Source: Mizuhopecten yessoensis
Lineage: Eukaryota
Assembly: GCF_002113885.1 (NCBI RefSeq)
Contig: NW_018406397.1
Coordinates: 1,438,062-1,502,061 of the forward strand
Direction: 5' to 3'
Length of the DNA: 64,000 bases
Shown: positions 1 to 12,904 of the stretch, piece after piece
Layout: each line of letters starts with the position of its first letter
Numbering within the stretch: position 1 is the stretch's first letter
Translations under genes and position numbers: made by a program
Notes under the pieces: generated by a model
Database searches by the model: none
What the model was told of the DNA's origin: nothing
The model's input: the letters and a program-made list of their open reading frames with translations, nothing else

Positions 1-535
1 GGATCAGAAAGGCCTGCTAACAACAACGACAGGAGGGGTCTACTACTGGCTATAGAGGATCAGAAAGGACTGCTAACAACAACGACAGGAGGGGTCTACC
101 ACTGGCTATAGAGGATCAGAAAGGCCTGCTAACAACAACGACATAAGGGGTCTACCACTGGCTATAAAGGATCAGAAAGGCCTGCTAACAACAACGACAG
201 AAGGGGTCTACCACTGGCTATAGAGGATAGAGGATCGGAAAGGACTGCTAACAACAACGACAGAAGGGGTCTACCACTGGCTATAAAGGATCAGAAAGGC
301 CTGCTACGACCAACGGCAGGAGGGGGCTACCACTGGCTATAGATGATCAGAAAGGCCTGCTACGACCAACGGCAGGAGGGGGCTACCACTGGCTATAGAT
401 GATCAGAAAGGCCTGCTAAAAACAACGACAGAAGGGGGCTACCACTGGCTATAGAGGATCAGAAAGGACTGCTAACAACAACGATAGGAGGGGTCTACCA
501 CTGGCTATAGAGGATCAGAAAGGCCTACTATCGAA
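1..535. repeat. Tandem repeat, 55-56 bp unit, about 9.5 copies, truncated by window start
   Basis: GGATCAGAAAGG recurs at 1, 57, 113 and onward; unit GGATCAGAAAGGCCTGCTAACAACAACGACAGGAGGGGTCTACCACTGGCTATAGA. Confidence 0.95.
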
Positions 536-949
536 CACGACAGTAATCCAAACACAAAACGTAGACGTCGTGTTATGATGATAATGCGCAAAGTGTCCAT
601 TCAAAAGTTTGCACCTTTGCTATGATTGGGAACAGATTGGAGATCTCCATTATTCAAGATAAGGTCATAAACAATTATCAGCAAAACCCTCATTCCATAG
701 AAAATTTACGTACAGCTGAAAGAGATGAAAGGCCAATAAAACTTACAGAGCACTCAAATGTGCCTCTTATTACAGATGCTATATTGCTTAGATTCGGTTT
801 CACTTTTGGCCTTAGTGTTGAGCGTTCGCCCAAGTGGGGTAGGCAATGGGTTCTGTCCCCAGGCCGGGACATACCAAAGTCCTTAAAATTGGTAGTTGTT
901 ATTCTCTGCTTAACATTCAACATGTAGGGTAATGACAACAAATGGTTCA

Positions 950-1190
950 CCTGTTGTCAGAATAATGTAACCGGGCGGAATGCTGTGCTGGGTGCCTTCG
1001 GCATGGCATTTCAGTGTGGTAGCACCATAAAGTCGGCATCAGATCCGCGCTATCGCAAGGAGGTAACAACACTAACAAACCCTGCTGTCTCCAACACACA
1101 TACACACTGGCATGCTGTAAACAACACACATGTAGGTACGTCCTAAAATGACCTCAGCTGTTGATAGGACGTTAAACCATATATCAACTA
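950..1190 (+). mobile_element. 5'-truncated SINE (Meta-core-like central domain plus 3' tail)
   Basis: TGTCAGAATAATGTAACCGGGCGG...TTCAGTGTGGTAGCACCATAAA core. The tail GTCCTAAAATGACC..GCTGTTGATAGGACGTTAAAC is shared with the SINE at 47091-47310 and with a minus-strand tail fragment near 1895-1940. Family name is from recalled consensus. Confidence 0.6.
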
Positions 1191-4100
1191 ACAAATCTAA
1201 AAACAAGTATAACGTATTAATCGGGAGGGAGCAACTGGAACATTGCAAGATGCAAAAAGGAAATTAAGTTGGTTTACTTGCATCCAATAAACGTATTAAA
1301 GAGGCGATGATGCCAATAAAAGTTAGTGTACAGAAAAAGAACGGTCGCCTAGCTATATAACAGTTCTATGCTTGTGAATGCGAAACGGAACGAAACATCG
1401 ATGACCATGAGTCTAGAATTGTTATATCGCTACATGCTGTTGGGACATCCCCTACAGTGAACTTTGTGAACCACCTTATAAAACTTTGGTGCGCCAACAA
1501 GGAAATTTCGATATTACAAGAATCTTCGAAGTTAAAGAAATTGATTAGACTCCTTGTTGTACGAACAAGAATCAAATAAAATTCTGCCACATGACAATAT
1601 ATTACCTGTGTCTGTCTCTATACGCTGTACTTAAGATTGGTCCAGAGCAATTGTCAGCGGGAGTGATGACCAATTACAAGACCTTTGTACAGCTGTACTG
1701 CATTATTCCGATATCTTCACTGCCCCAACGATAATACGTTGGGGAAATTTACTGCAATAGAACGTGTTTAAACTTTGATGATGTAAAAACATGTCAAACG
1801 GAGATAACGTAAGACTCCGGCAATTGTATTAGAAGAGAAGGACGCACACATACAACAGATGTTGCATCCAAAGTCATTGAACTGTCGGTTTCTGAGTTTG
1901 GTTTGGTTTTATTTGGTATAGTTTAACGTCCTTTCAACTGAGTGGGCATCTCCAGTATTAATCTGAAAGTGGAAGGGTGGCGTGCTTTGTTTATTTATAA
2001 TAAAATGAAGGACCTTGATCTCTGTGAACACGTTTTGATGACGTTTTGTTTTGGATACTAAGGCCCCTAATCGCACGATTGGTGGGGAAACATCCCTAAT
2101 AAATGATGAAGAATTATCTTTGCGACATTTGCCATGATCCCAAATACGGCAGTCAAATATTGTACGAAAAACTGATGTTCGATTTAATCGGTATTTTCAT
2201 CATTACCTTAGGAAATGATAGTTTACAGTCAGCACTGATCATTGTAGACTGACTTGTTGAATTTAGGCTGCCAGGTTGATTGAGCTTATATGGCATGATA
2301 CTAAGATATAAGTATGGAAAGACCGTATCAGTGACGATCTAGTCCCGAAGTGAGGAACCAGACTCTGCCTTCAGTTGATTGATTGTCAAATAAGATGGCT
2401 GGAAAGGTCAGAGCTAACATATGGAGAATCGGTCTTAGAGAGAAAAAAAAACGATTGGAAGATTCGTTTTTGACATTTAATCATAAGAAGTATAAGAATC
2501 GCGAGTTTCGGTTTTATTTGTTAAATAAAAGTGAGATTTAAAAAAAATGCAACAGATCTGTCAGTATTATCAATCATATTGATAAATTTGTAAATCGATG
2601 AATCAGTGCCGTAATAGTCGAGTTTCTGTTCTCATATAGAAACATGATGCACTTGTTTGTTAACAGTAATGCATAAATTTACAAGCATCATGATGTCTGT
2701 GAACAGTCCATTTGAAGCACAATTATTATAACCTTTAGGTAAAGTAATTTCAAAGTCTGAAACTTACTTTCGATTATCATGTATGTCGCCTGGTCCAAAC
2801 ATATTAATATCTATAACCAAAATACAGCCTTTTGACCCATCCTAAGAAGCATTCACACTATAGATTGGCCAATTGACCGATTAAGAGGTTAACTTAGTAC
2901 CAGCCATGACCAATAAGTGTCACACGGGTGCTACGCTTTCGGTCCATGAAATGTTACACGCCCCTTTTAGATGTTGGTACTGTCCTTCTACTTGGGCAAA
3001 TGACAGATTCTCTTGTGATTACTATCAGAATAAGTTCTGTCCTTTCGATTGGCCGATGATACATTTGTTCAATCCCGTTGATTACAATAGGAGTTCGTTC
3101 CTGCTTTGTTACGCTTTAGATCTATCACAGCTACCAGAGGTAATGGTGTCCCAATTATCGGTGAAACTTCAATGGCGATGTGATTACAGTTTGTCTCGGG
3201 CCATCCTATTTTACATGTTGCTTTCTTCTTTCACCAAGTGACCTCGTATCCGTGATATTTGGCCGCAGCAGCTTGGTCAGTTGGTCAAAATTCATATTTA
3301 CGTGATTGTGTAGCAAAGTGTGTGACCTACCAATCATAAGCAAGTCAGTGGTATCTCACAACGAGACATCCTAGAGGGATGTTGGCACCCTCCACCGTAA
3401 GTTTGTCATGAGTTCCAAGTAAGTCTCTTATTTTCTGTTCTTTTGTCTTTCCTTTAGCATTACTAGTCATGTCAATAGTAACTCAAGTATGTGGCGCCCT
3501 TCCGACAAATCTTCATACAGCTGTGTTAATTTGAGCAAGATTTGTGATATACTTTCTGAGAAATAACATATATACATAACAAATTCCAACGTTCAAGTTT
3601 AATATGGCTGTCTTTTCTTTCGATATCAAGTTTAAAATGGAACATGCAAAAGTGTGCACGAATATGAACATACATCTCATCGGAACTTTCTAAGAAATAG
3701 CGATAAGAAAGTGTATCTGTCGATTTGAAAATCATCGCCTAGCAGCGATCTTATTCTTCCGATTAGTCTTAAAATGAACATGCACAACTAAGTACAGAGG
3801 AAAACCTATTTGTAGATTTGATAAAAAAAAAAAAGTGATAACACAATTTAACTTTCAAATTCTAAGTTTATCAAAATCAGAGATTGGCACTCCGGCTGAA
3901 AGATTATACTTTTTGATGGTTGAATTCGCTGTAGAAGTCACGTGATGGGAACATGGAAGCCAACTTTACAGTCTTTTATCACAATTTATTAGATTTGTTG
4001 AGGTGAGATCAATATAATGATTTCTAAAAATATGAAAGAAGTATTGTAAAGTTGTTTTGAATGGGGATAATACGTTCAATTTTGAGTTTAAATTTGCGAT

Positions 4101-4480
4101 TAGAAAACGAAATTCGGTTTTAACTCTTGAGGCTCGCGTTCAAACCAAATTTTATGTTCTAATCACCAGGATAGACACTCATAACAACATTCTATCTCCT
4201 TATTTGAGCATACAAGCATCTGATGATGATGTTCAGAAAATAAGCAAAATGATCACATGTTGCATTGACCTTTGAACCTAAGCACAAACAATTTACGCGT
4301 TGCTTCTGCTATCGAAGTCAGCAATTGGTCTCATGGGTTTAAAACCTGATAGACTAAATAACTCTTATGACTGAAGTTCAAAACAGTTTGTATAGATATG
4401 AAACGTATCGGCTGAAGACAGGAACACAGGTTAAACAGTTTTTGTATATGCTAAACAAGGCGGCGCAGTAGTTTTACTAA

Positions 4481-4860
4481 ATCAGTTGAGTAATCTAATG
4501 TTTTCAGATTTTGAATAGCATCGACTGTTACTTGATCAGTTGAGTAATCTAATATTTTCAGATTTTGAATAGCATCGACAGTTACTTGATCAGTTGAGTA
4601 ATCTAATGTTTTCAGATTTTGAATAGCATCGACTGTTACTTGATCAGTTGAGTAATCTAATATTTTCAGATTTTGAATAGCATCGACAGTTACTTGATCA
4701 GTTGAGTAATCTAATGTTTTCAGATTTTGAACAGCATCGACTGTTACTTGATCAGTTGAGTAATCTAATGTTTTCAGAGTTTGAACAGCATCGACTGTTA
4801 CTTGATCAGTTGATTAATCTAATGTTTTCAGAGTTTGAACAGCATCGACTGTTACTTGAC
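4481..4860. repeat. Tandem repeat, 54 bp unit, 7 copies
   Basis: ATCAGTTGAGTAATCTAATGTTTTCAGATTTTGAATAGCATCGACTGTTACTTG at 4481, 4535 and onward. Confidence 0.95.
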
Positions 4861-7775
4861 TGAGACTTTGTTTACATCGTCTTTTCCTTTGGTAAAAGCA
4901 ACTCCTATGAAAGATCTACTTCCGAATTTGACCTTCTCCATATCCACCGAACCCATATTGGTTCATTTCTTTGTCCACTTATGGTTTGTCCTTAGCAAGG
5001 GGTTATGTAGCATGACCGATTGAAATTCAAATACGACCACCGAAACTTGGTATGTACGTCTTTGATCTTAGGTAAGTGGTGGTATGTTCAAGCTGATTTG
5101 ATGTCCAAGATGGCTGCCCCGACCTGCATACCTTTTCTTTTATCTTATTTCAGCGATCCGTGATCCTACGGGTACCGGTCTCTACTCTTGTCTATATATA
5201 AAGAATCTGCTGTGAGCGATGCACCTGTGATTGAAGTGACGAAATATTTTGATAATTGTTTTATTGCACGAGACATTTTTTAACGTTTTAGAAGGAGTTT
5301 ACTGTTTGACATCATATTTTGGTACCTTTGCTCTGTAATGTTGACCCGGAAGTTGATGTCACAATAGTTAGTCAGTATGACAGAATTTGAAAATCGTTTC
5401 GATTCAACTAGGACGAAGTAATATACTCCAGATATATGTAATTGAAACTTTAAAATAAGTGAATTGAAAATTCATGAGAACATATTTTGTTAAATATCGA
5501 TATATTGTATTTCTATATATGGGTCAACAGGATAACAGAAATTGATTACCCTTCAAATTTAACAGAATGTGTTTCTTTTAACAATATTTCATCAATGCAC
5601 TGATAGGTAACTTCGATAAAGCTTTCGTCAACGAGTTCAATATAGAAAACTGAGAAGTGACCCACATTTGTGTACAAATGTATATACTTTTATAAGATTA
5701 TTTCAAAATAGTACGAACAAGCAGCTAGCTAACGGACAGGAGGACAGACGGACAACAAACGTCCTCTCGTTCCGTACAGTGGCAACTGGTTAAGTTGTTT
5801 TTCACGATAAAATTCGGAATAAAACAATTTGTATCAGTGTTCATGGAGCGAAATTCCGGAAAAATAAGGTTCAAGTGTGTGTACAGTACAACCAAACACG
5901 TCAGTAAGTCAAGCCAGCAAGAGGCGTTTATTTGCATTCAACCAATGAGAACAGCTTGTGATCGTTATCTTGATTCACTTTCTATTTCATTCAACCGATG
6001 ATGACATACAAAACATTTTCCGATCTACTCTCAGACGCGTGATTCCAGTCCAAAGAGAACTGGATAAAATATACCTCTATTCTAGTTTATTACAAACGTT
6101 TTTTGTGTTTAACATCGTACATGCAAATAGAATATACATAAATAGGAGTTTCTCTTCAGTCAAAACAGTCATTTTACCAAGAATATCATTAAACTATATG
6201 TTTACCGGGACCGCGCCAGGATATTTTACTTGGACGTGATGTGTACTCAAACAGGCCTCACTATGGTCCATATCCTTCCGCCATGTAATAGAAATGAGGG
6301 CCTCAACAATTCCATGGGTGTATTTTTTTAAATGGAAAATACAAACCCGGAAATTTTTATTTAACAGTAAGTATCACCAAAACCACTTAATTCACAGGGT
6401 TGTTCAAGTTCAAGAATCTTCTTTTTGTAAATATGTACTTAGAATGCAAACTTGACGATGCGTGTTGAAATACATCGCTAATCAGTATATATGTTTGATA
6501 TTAAAATGAAAATGAAGTTTTGTAGAGATTAGTTTATACAATATGTAAAGCTTACAAAATACGGACAATAGGACATAACAAGGCCTCCAAACAGTTGACA
6601 CTAGAAGCGGACATAAAGACAGACATCAACGTGTACCAGTGTGTTATTAGGAGGGGTAAGGAAGGGGCCACCGCCGGAAACGGGGACGTTCTAAAGAGAA
6701 ACTTGCAAAACAAGGATAACTATTACTATTACCGTTTTGTTAGCTTCAGATGACATTGTTTCTTTTTTTAATCAGACTCCTAACATATTGTACATTTCGA
6801 CCATATTATTAGGTAGAAGGTCTTGTCCTTTTTCTGACGGCATCAACACAAACGTTATTTGAACATGATGACGTCAGGACTGCGCGTGTTATAAGACCGG
6901 AGATTATCATATTACGTGCACACGTGCAGTGCGTACCAGAAAAGCGGGTGGTTTGGATTGGTCCAAAACAATCACCAGGTCTGAGCTACAATCGTATAGG
7001 TATTTCGAATAGACACTTAATTTGAAATCCTATGTTAGAATTCGTCCCCAGTACAAACTGAGCCGAAATCACAACACGATTTCTTTCTGGACGCATTGGA
7101 CTAGCTACCTTTTGGTATATAAATATATATATATATAACTATCAAACCTACAATACTCAGACAGACAACTTCAATCACTCAAATACGACAACATGAAAGT
7201 ATATCCAAATTTGTACTCGATAACTGAAATATTCATCGAATATATATCTCCAACGATTTCAGGGATATTTTGTTAATTTCGCATTACACAACCAGTTTGA
7301 GGCTGTATACTACCCTTACAAGTTGCATCTGTGATTTGTGTAGGGGTTATCTCCCTTCGAAGGTTTCGTAACATTGTTGCCAATGCATGTGTTCATTGGA
7401 GAATTGATATAGTTAATGGATTTAAAACTGGACAAGATTGATGTAACATTCAGAAAAGATAGTTCACTAGTTTCTTATCGCAGCATACATAATTAAACCT
7501 TGCGTTTGCCTGAACCACCTGTCTCGTGTTTGAGTTATTGAAGTGGCACACGCTTAAAAAACATCTGCAATAAACTAGTACACAGACATAAATTATTGGA
7601 AAATATTTCGGAGAGGCGTTCATATCCAACAATGTGAGGATGATGATGATTGTGACCCGAAAGTGTGATTGAGTGTATGTTAGTTCTGTCCACTTTACGG
7701 CGGTTTGTTGGTTCTCATCATCACTTTCTTCTCTGTATGACGTCACTTCCGCCGGAAACTCATTCAATGAAGCTC

Positions 7776-8041
7776 CTACTTTCCACAGTATTGGGAGAAT
7801 TCGAACCAATCACAGTCATGGACACAGCACTCACACACGACACCAGATACTCGTAAGGTAGATATGTATTGAAACGCATTTCGCTTTGTCAGTGATACTT
7901 TTTTAAGCTTCGCTATGTTTTTTCGTTTAATTTTGTCTAGAGCCTTCACTGTGTCTTTCCAGTCCTCGTTGTTGTCCACCAGGGCGCGCTGCGTGTCTCT
8001 CTTCCCCAATACAATGCTCCGGAACCGTGACCAGGGATTGG
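7776..8041 (-). CDS. Molluscan insulin-related peptide (MIP-type) precursor, last coding exon: C-peptide region and A chain
   Basis: Acceptor tttgtttccttccgcag (AG at 8043-8042) is phase 1 and matches the upstream donor. Encodes (A)NPWSRFRSIVLGKRDTQRALVDNNEDWKDTVKALDKIKRKNIAKLKKVSLTKRNAFQYISTLRVSGVVCECCVHDCDWFEFSQYCGK*, with A-chain pattern CxCC-x3-C-x8-C. Stop TAG at 7778-7776. Confidence 0.93.
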
Positions 8042-8524
8042 CTGCGGAAGGAAACAAACCATGGTCAATACGTCTATACATATGGAAAGCATAGCATTCA
8101 GTGGCACCCCTTCCATTCGATACTTGGTGCCGTCTGGTAATGATATCCAGACAGTTTCCCCCCGGTGCTGCACGTATTAACTTGAGATGCCCCTGAGAAG
8201 AGGTACAACAAAAATTGTGTATATACATATTTATCTATCTACATTATAGTTTCGCTCAACAACGCCGTTATTCCAATAATAAGCAGTCTAACGGCACATT
8301 GGCGGAGTCAACACGGCTTCAATTAGTTGCAACAAGTTAACATCTAAATAATAATGAAATGAAACCATCCTTTTGAAAGACACTTAAATTTTCGAAATCG
8401 TCCATTACAAACACAAAAGTATTTAACTATCATTTGTCCTTTCCTATGGGTCATTGCCTGTCCTATTGGTCATTGTGTTGTCACCTCGGTAAAACACTAG
8501 CCTCGTCCTACCAACTTGCCTTTG

Positions 8525-8602
8525 GCTAATTTCTATTCAGCGTATTCGTAAAGCGTTAGACTAGTAAACCAGAGGTAATGGGTTCGACCTCTGGTGGAGG
8601 AA
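8525..8602 (+). pseudogene. Degenerate tRNA-derived fragment (SINE head or tRNA pseudogene) in the insulin intron
   Basis: AGCGTTAGACTAGTAAACCAGAGGTAATGGGTTCGACCTCTGG resembles an anticodon arm plus B-box/T arm; the D arm is disrupted. Confidence 0.4.
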
Positions 8603-8679
8603 TAGCAGTATTTAAATGACCTCTTTTACAGTGCAACCATAATTAAATACATCAAAGGGAAACAACTCTAGCAGTGTAC

Positions 8680-8881
8680 CTCGTATTGCGGGGCCGTCCC
8701 TCTTATCCGGCATATTGAATACTCCACCACAGATGAGGGATATGGTGTCGGCGAGGTGCGAGCCGCATGTACCCTCACGCTCCGTGGCGTCAGCTGAACA
8801 CGAGAACTCGAGATCCGCCAAAGCACTCGGCAGATAGTAAATACAGATGGCTGCAATTGTTAGATTTATGGTGCCATACAT
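8680..8881 (-). CDS. Molluscan insulin-related peptide (MIP-type) precursor, first coding exon: signal peptide, B chain and start of C-peptide
   Basis: MYGTINLTIAAICIYYLPSALA signal-like segment, then DLEFSCSADATEREGTCGSHLADTISLICGGVFNMPD-KR (three Cys, CG-x10-C). Donor CGAG/GTACAC at 8680/8679 is phase 1. 202+266 nt = 155 aa plus stop. Acceptor sequence tttaatcttttcagttctcctctcagaag lies directly before the ATG. Confidence 0.93.
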
Positions 8882-9289
8882 CTTCTGAGAGGAGAACTGA
8901 AAAGATTAAAAAGAACTCATTAATAATTATTAAATTAATTCAATTAATGATTTGGTACATGATGTTGACTCCACGAAAAATAAAAGATGATTAAATACAA
9001 GAAGGAAAGAAAAAATAATTAATTAATTAATTAATTAACTAATTAGAGGATACAAACTCAAAAAGCGATGCTATCTATTTCAACGTCCTCATTATTATCA
9101 TTTTGACATTCTAAAAATACATGTACAGACGATTTTTTACCCAATTAACTCAAATGTGACCCCGTTTGTCCTCATTGAGTTGATCGGCTACCGTAGGCCC
9201 CTATGTGACCTTATTGTGTGTATTAGCCATTAAGACTATTGTGTGTTCCTTTATGACTTTATAGTTTTGATACGCTGTAAAGACTACCT

Positions 9290-9412
9290 AGTGATCCTGT
9301 ATGACATCATTGTGTTGATGAGCCGTTAATATTATAGGTGGTCCTGTATGACATCATTGTGTTGATGAGCCGCTAATAATATCGGTGGTCCTGTATGATA
9401 TCATTGTGTGAC
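9290..9412. repeat. Short degenerate tandem repeat, about 47 bp unit
   Basis: TCCTGTATGA(C/T)ATCATTGTG occurs three times. Confidence 0.75.
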
Positions 9413-10987
9413 GTGCAATTAAGACTTCAACGATAGAGATACAAGAATAAATAGTTGAAGGGAGATAACTCTGACAAAATGTAGGAACGCATCTGTTGAT
9501 ACTGGGTCGTGATTTGCCTTGTAAGAGGTTATATTACATGTCAGAGGTCCACCGACAAATTTGTGTAATTTGTGTAAAGAGAGAAAAAAAAACCAGGAAG
9601 AAATGATTGGAAACAATAACATTGTAATAGCAGTAACTAAGCTCCAGGAGTGTCTTTAGATTGTTCATTTTTCACCGCCAGATAGCGGTTACGATAACAT
9701 AAGCATCTAGACTTCATTCTAGTCGTATGTTCCCAGAGATCGAAGAAGGAAATACACCATTGAATAATCTACTTATCTGTGTGAACGATATTGAACAATA
9801 CTTATCTTCAAATAACCAATTAATCTATAATTAGGTATCAAGCTTAGAGTTTAATCTTGTTTATAATCACAAAAGGGAAAGGCTCGGACATACTGTCTGT
9901 GCGCATGCGTAATATTTCCTACCAAAACCTTAGCGTGAAAATCAAGATAAAGCAACAACGATTTAACAGAGATAGGCAACAACACGTCCGTGTGTAGATT
10001 TCATTCTGTTTTAATCAAGGTATGACGTGAAACACGTCGGCTACAGCCAGTATTTGCTGTTATAGCACAATTAATGATGAGAAAAATATATATTGACGTT
10101 CAGACCTGTATTAGAAAACCTCACTCAGGAAGTACATTGTACATAAAATGGTGTCTCTTTGCAGGTGGTTTACCAAATTACAGGTCCAGTTTACATGAAA
10201 ATAACTGCAATGGAAAAGTTTTACAGTGGTCTTTTAAGACAGGTTGTCTCTCGAGAAAATAATTTTGGTCTCTCGAGCAATGGAAAAGTTTTTTTGTAAT
10301 CAGCTAGCTATATTGCAGTTATACAAAACTTCCCAACGTTAAATCTGTCGTAGCATAGCAAGATAATTTCTGACTGATAAAAAGCAGAAAGCCATCTTTT
10401 TTGACACTGTTTAAGAAACTCAAATTGTCATAAACATTAAAAGATACATTAAATTACCGATTGATATTTAGGAAGTTTGATTGCGTGATTGTTTTTGTTC
10501 TACAAAATGTATTTGTTTTATTTTTCAGAAAAAAAAGGTTTTACTTCTAGGGTCCACTAAACTTAGTCGTTTCATAGAACATAACTTAAATAAATTGTCC
10601 CAAATTGTGTCCGATTCGTTAGGATTTTATCAAATCATAGCAGCAATACGACATATTTCCAATTTTTTAAAACACTTCCTTCCACCTACTGTCTGTGGAC
10701 GGTGTGTTCCCATGTAACCGCGCACTGTTAACAGCTATGTTATATGTCAAAGGATATCGCTTCTTGGTCGCCAAAGATGTTACGAAAATATCTTTGCTCA
10801 CTTTTAAACAAACGTTTTAGTCAATATGTCAAAGAACGAAGAGTGCTATCTTAAAGAGTAAGAATAAAACAAGGATCATTTTGTACCATGTTTAGAAAAG
10901 AAAAGAAAAAGAAAAATCTTGTTACAACATGAAATGCACTTAACAAACAGATAATACAGTTGTTAGGAAAATTTCATGATTTGAACC

Positions 10988-11078
10988 GGGGGGGGGGGGG
11001 GGGGGGGGGGNNNNNNNNNNNNNNNNNNNNNNNNNNNNNNNNNNNNNNNNNNNNNNNNNNNNNNNNNNGGGGGGGGGG
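10988..11078. other. Assembly gap flanked by poly-G
   Basis: Run of N at 11011-11068 between G homopolymers. Confidence 0.98.
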
Positions 11079-11149
11079 ATTCCGTTGTTATATATGGATT
11101 ATGTGTCTAAATTTAGTGTCAGGACTAACATGTAAGATATGGGGCATAT

Positions 11150-12400
11150 GCCACTAGGAGATGTCATGGTTGGGAATAGCATAGGGAGTGTCAAGGTCTA
11201 CGTCACCGTAGGAGATGTCGGGATCTGGGCTACCGTAGGGGATGTCAAGGTCTGGGCTACCGAAGGAGATGTCGGGATCTGGGGTACCGTAGGGGATGTC
11301 AAGGTATACATCACCGTAGGAGATGTCGGGATCTTGAGAACCGTAGAGGATGTCAAGGTCTGGGCTACCATAGGAGATGTCGGGATCTGGGCTACCGTAG
11401 GGGATGTCACGGTCTGGGCTACTGTAGGGGATATCAAGGTCTAGAACACCGTAGGGGATATCAAGGTCTGGGGTACCGTAGGAGATGTCGGGATCTGGGC
11501 TACAGTAGGGGATGTCACGGTCTGGGCTACCGTAGGGGATATCAAGGTCTAGGGCACCGTAGGGGATATCAAGGTCTGGGGTACCGTAGGAGATGTCGAT
11601 GTCTGTGGAATTGTAGGAAATGTCGAGGTATGTGGTACCGAATGAGATGTCAAGGTATGCGGTACCGTAAGAGATGTCGAAGTCTGGGGTACCGTATAGG
11701 ATATGTTGTTGTCTGGGGTACCGTATAGGATATGTTGTTGTCTGGGGTATCGTAGGAGATGTCAGGATCTGGGTTACCGTAGGGAATGTGGAGATCTTGG
11801 ATACCATAGATGTCAAGGTATGGGGTACCGTAGGAGATGGCAAGGTCTAAGGTACCGTAGGATATATCAAGGTCTGGGGTACAGTAGGAGATATCAAAGT
11901 CTGGGGTACCGTAGGAGATGTCAATGTCTTGGTAACGTAGGAGTTGTCGAAGTCTGTGGTACCGTAGGAGATATCAAGGTACGGGGTACCGTAAGGGATG
12001 CTAAAGTCTGGGGTACAGTAGGAGATAGCAAGGTCTTGGAAACGTAGGATTTGTCGAAGTTTGTGGTACCGTAGGAGATGTCGAAGTCTGTGATACCGTA
12101 GGAGATGTCGAGGTCTGTGGTACCGTAGGAGATGTCGAGGTCTGTGATACCGTAGGAGATGTCGAGGTATGTGGTACCGTAGGAGATGTCAAGGTCTAGG
12201 TAACGTAGGATGTGTCGAAGTCTGTGGTACCGTAGGAGATGTCAAGGTCTTGCTAACGTAGGATGTGTCGAAGTATGTGGTAACGTAGGATTTGCCGAAG
12301 TCTGTGGTACCGTAGGATGTTTCGAAGTCTGTGGTAACGTAGGATTTGTCGAAGTCTGTGGTAACGTAGGATTTGCCGAAGTCTGGGGTTCTGTAGGGAA
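11150..12400. repeat. Minisatellite, about 27 bp unit, roughly 45 degenerate copies
   Basis: ACCGTAGGAGATGTCAAGGTCTGGGGT consensus; accounts for the repetitive ORFs between 11139 and 12473. Confidence 0.95.
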
Positions 12401-12904
12401 AAGTCAATGTAGGAATCTTCAATCCTTTAACAATTGCATCCATTAACAACGCTGGAAATAGAATACATGCCACAGATATTAAATATTAAATCGACAGCAT
12501 GCGGTCTCTTTTATGTAAGAATGGTTGCCAACGGCAGCAAAGATTGTCTTTGTGCGAACAATAGGTGTATAATAGGTAATTTTTCAAGCGTCTGTCAGCA
12601 AACTCAGACCCCCTTCGATCGAATAGAAAAACGGCTCATCAAAACGACCAGGACTGAAGGTTACATGATGCCCAATACAGTTTATGCTATTTAGTTCACG
12701 TGTACTAAGTTTACCGTAAGACGTGAAAAAAATAGTATTACGTTTTTTCTATTGACTTGTCACGAAAAAACATATAAAAATGGTACATAATTTAACTATA
12801 TTGCCTTTGGCTATCTACACAAGTATATGTTCGAGTTTTGATAAGAACGTCAAACCAATCGTCGAAATACAAAGGTTTTTTGTTCTAGATGCACTTATCT
12901 TATT

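Noticed and set aside
1-4860. Regularly spaced repeats at 1-535 and 4481-4860 as CRISPR-like arrays
   Set aside because: Units are contiguous near-identical copies with no unique spacers; eukaryotic context; no cas genes
8042-8228. N-terminal 62 aa of the 150 aa ORF as part of the insulin protein
   Set aside because: Upstream of the only phase-compatible acceptor; no signal peptide; best read as intron
11139-12473. Repetitive ORFs (DISYGTPDL, TVGDVKVW)
   Set aside because: Translations of a 27 bp minisatellite with scattered stops
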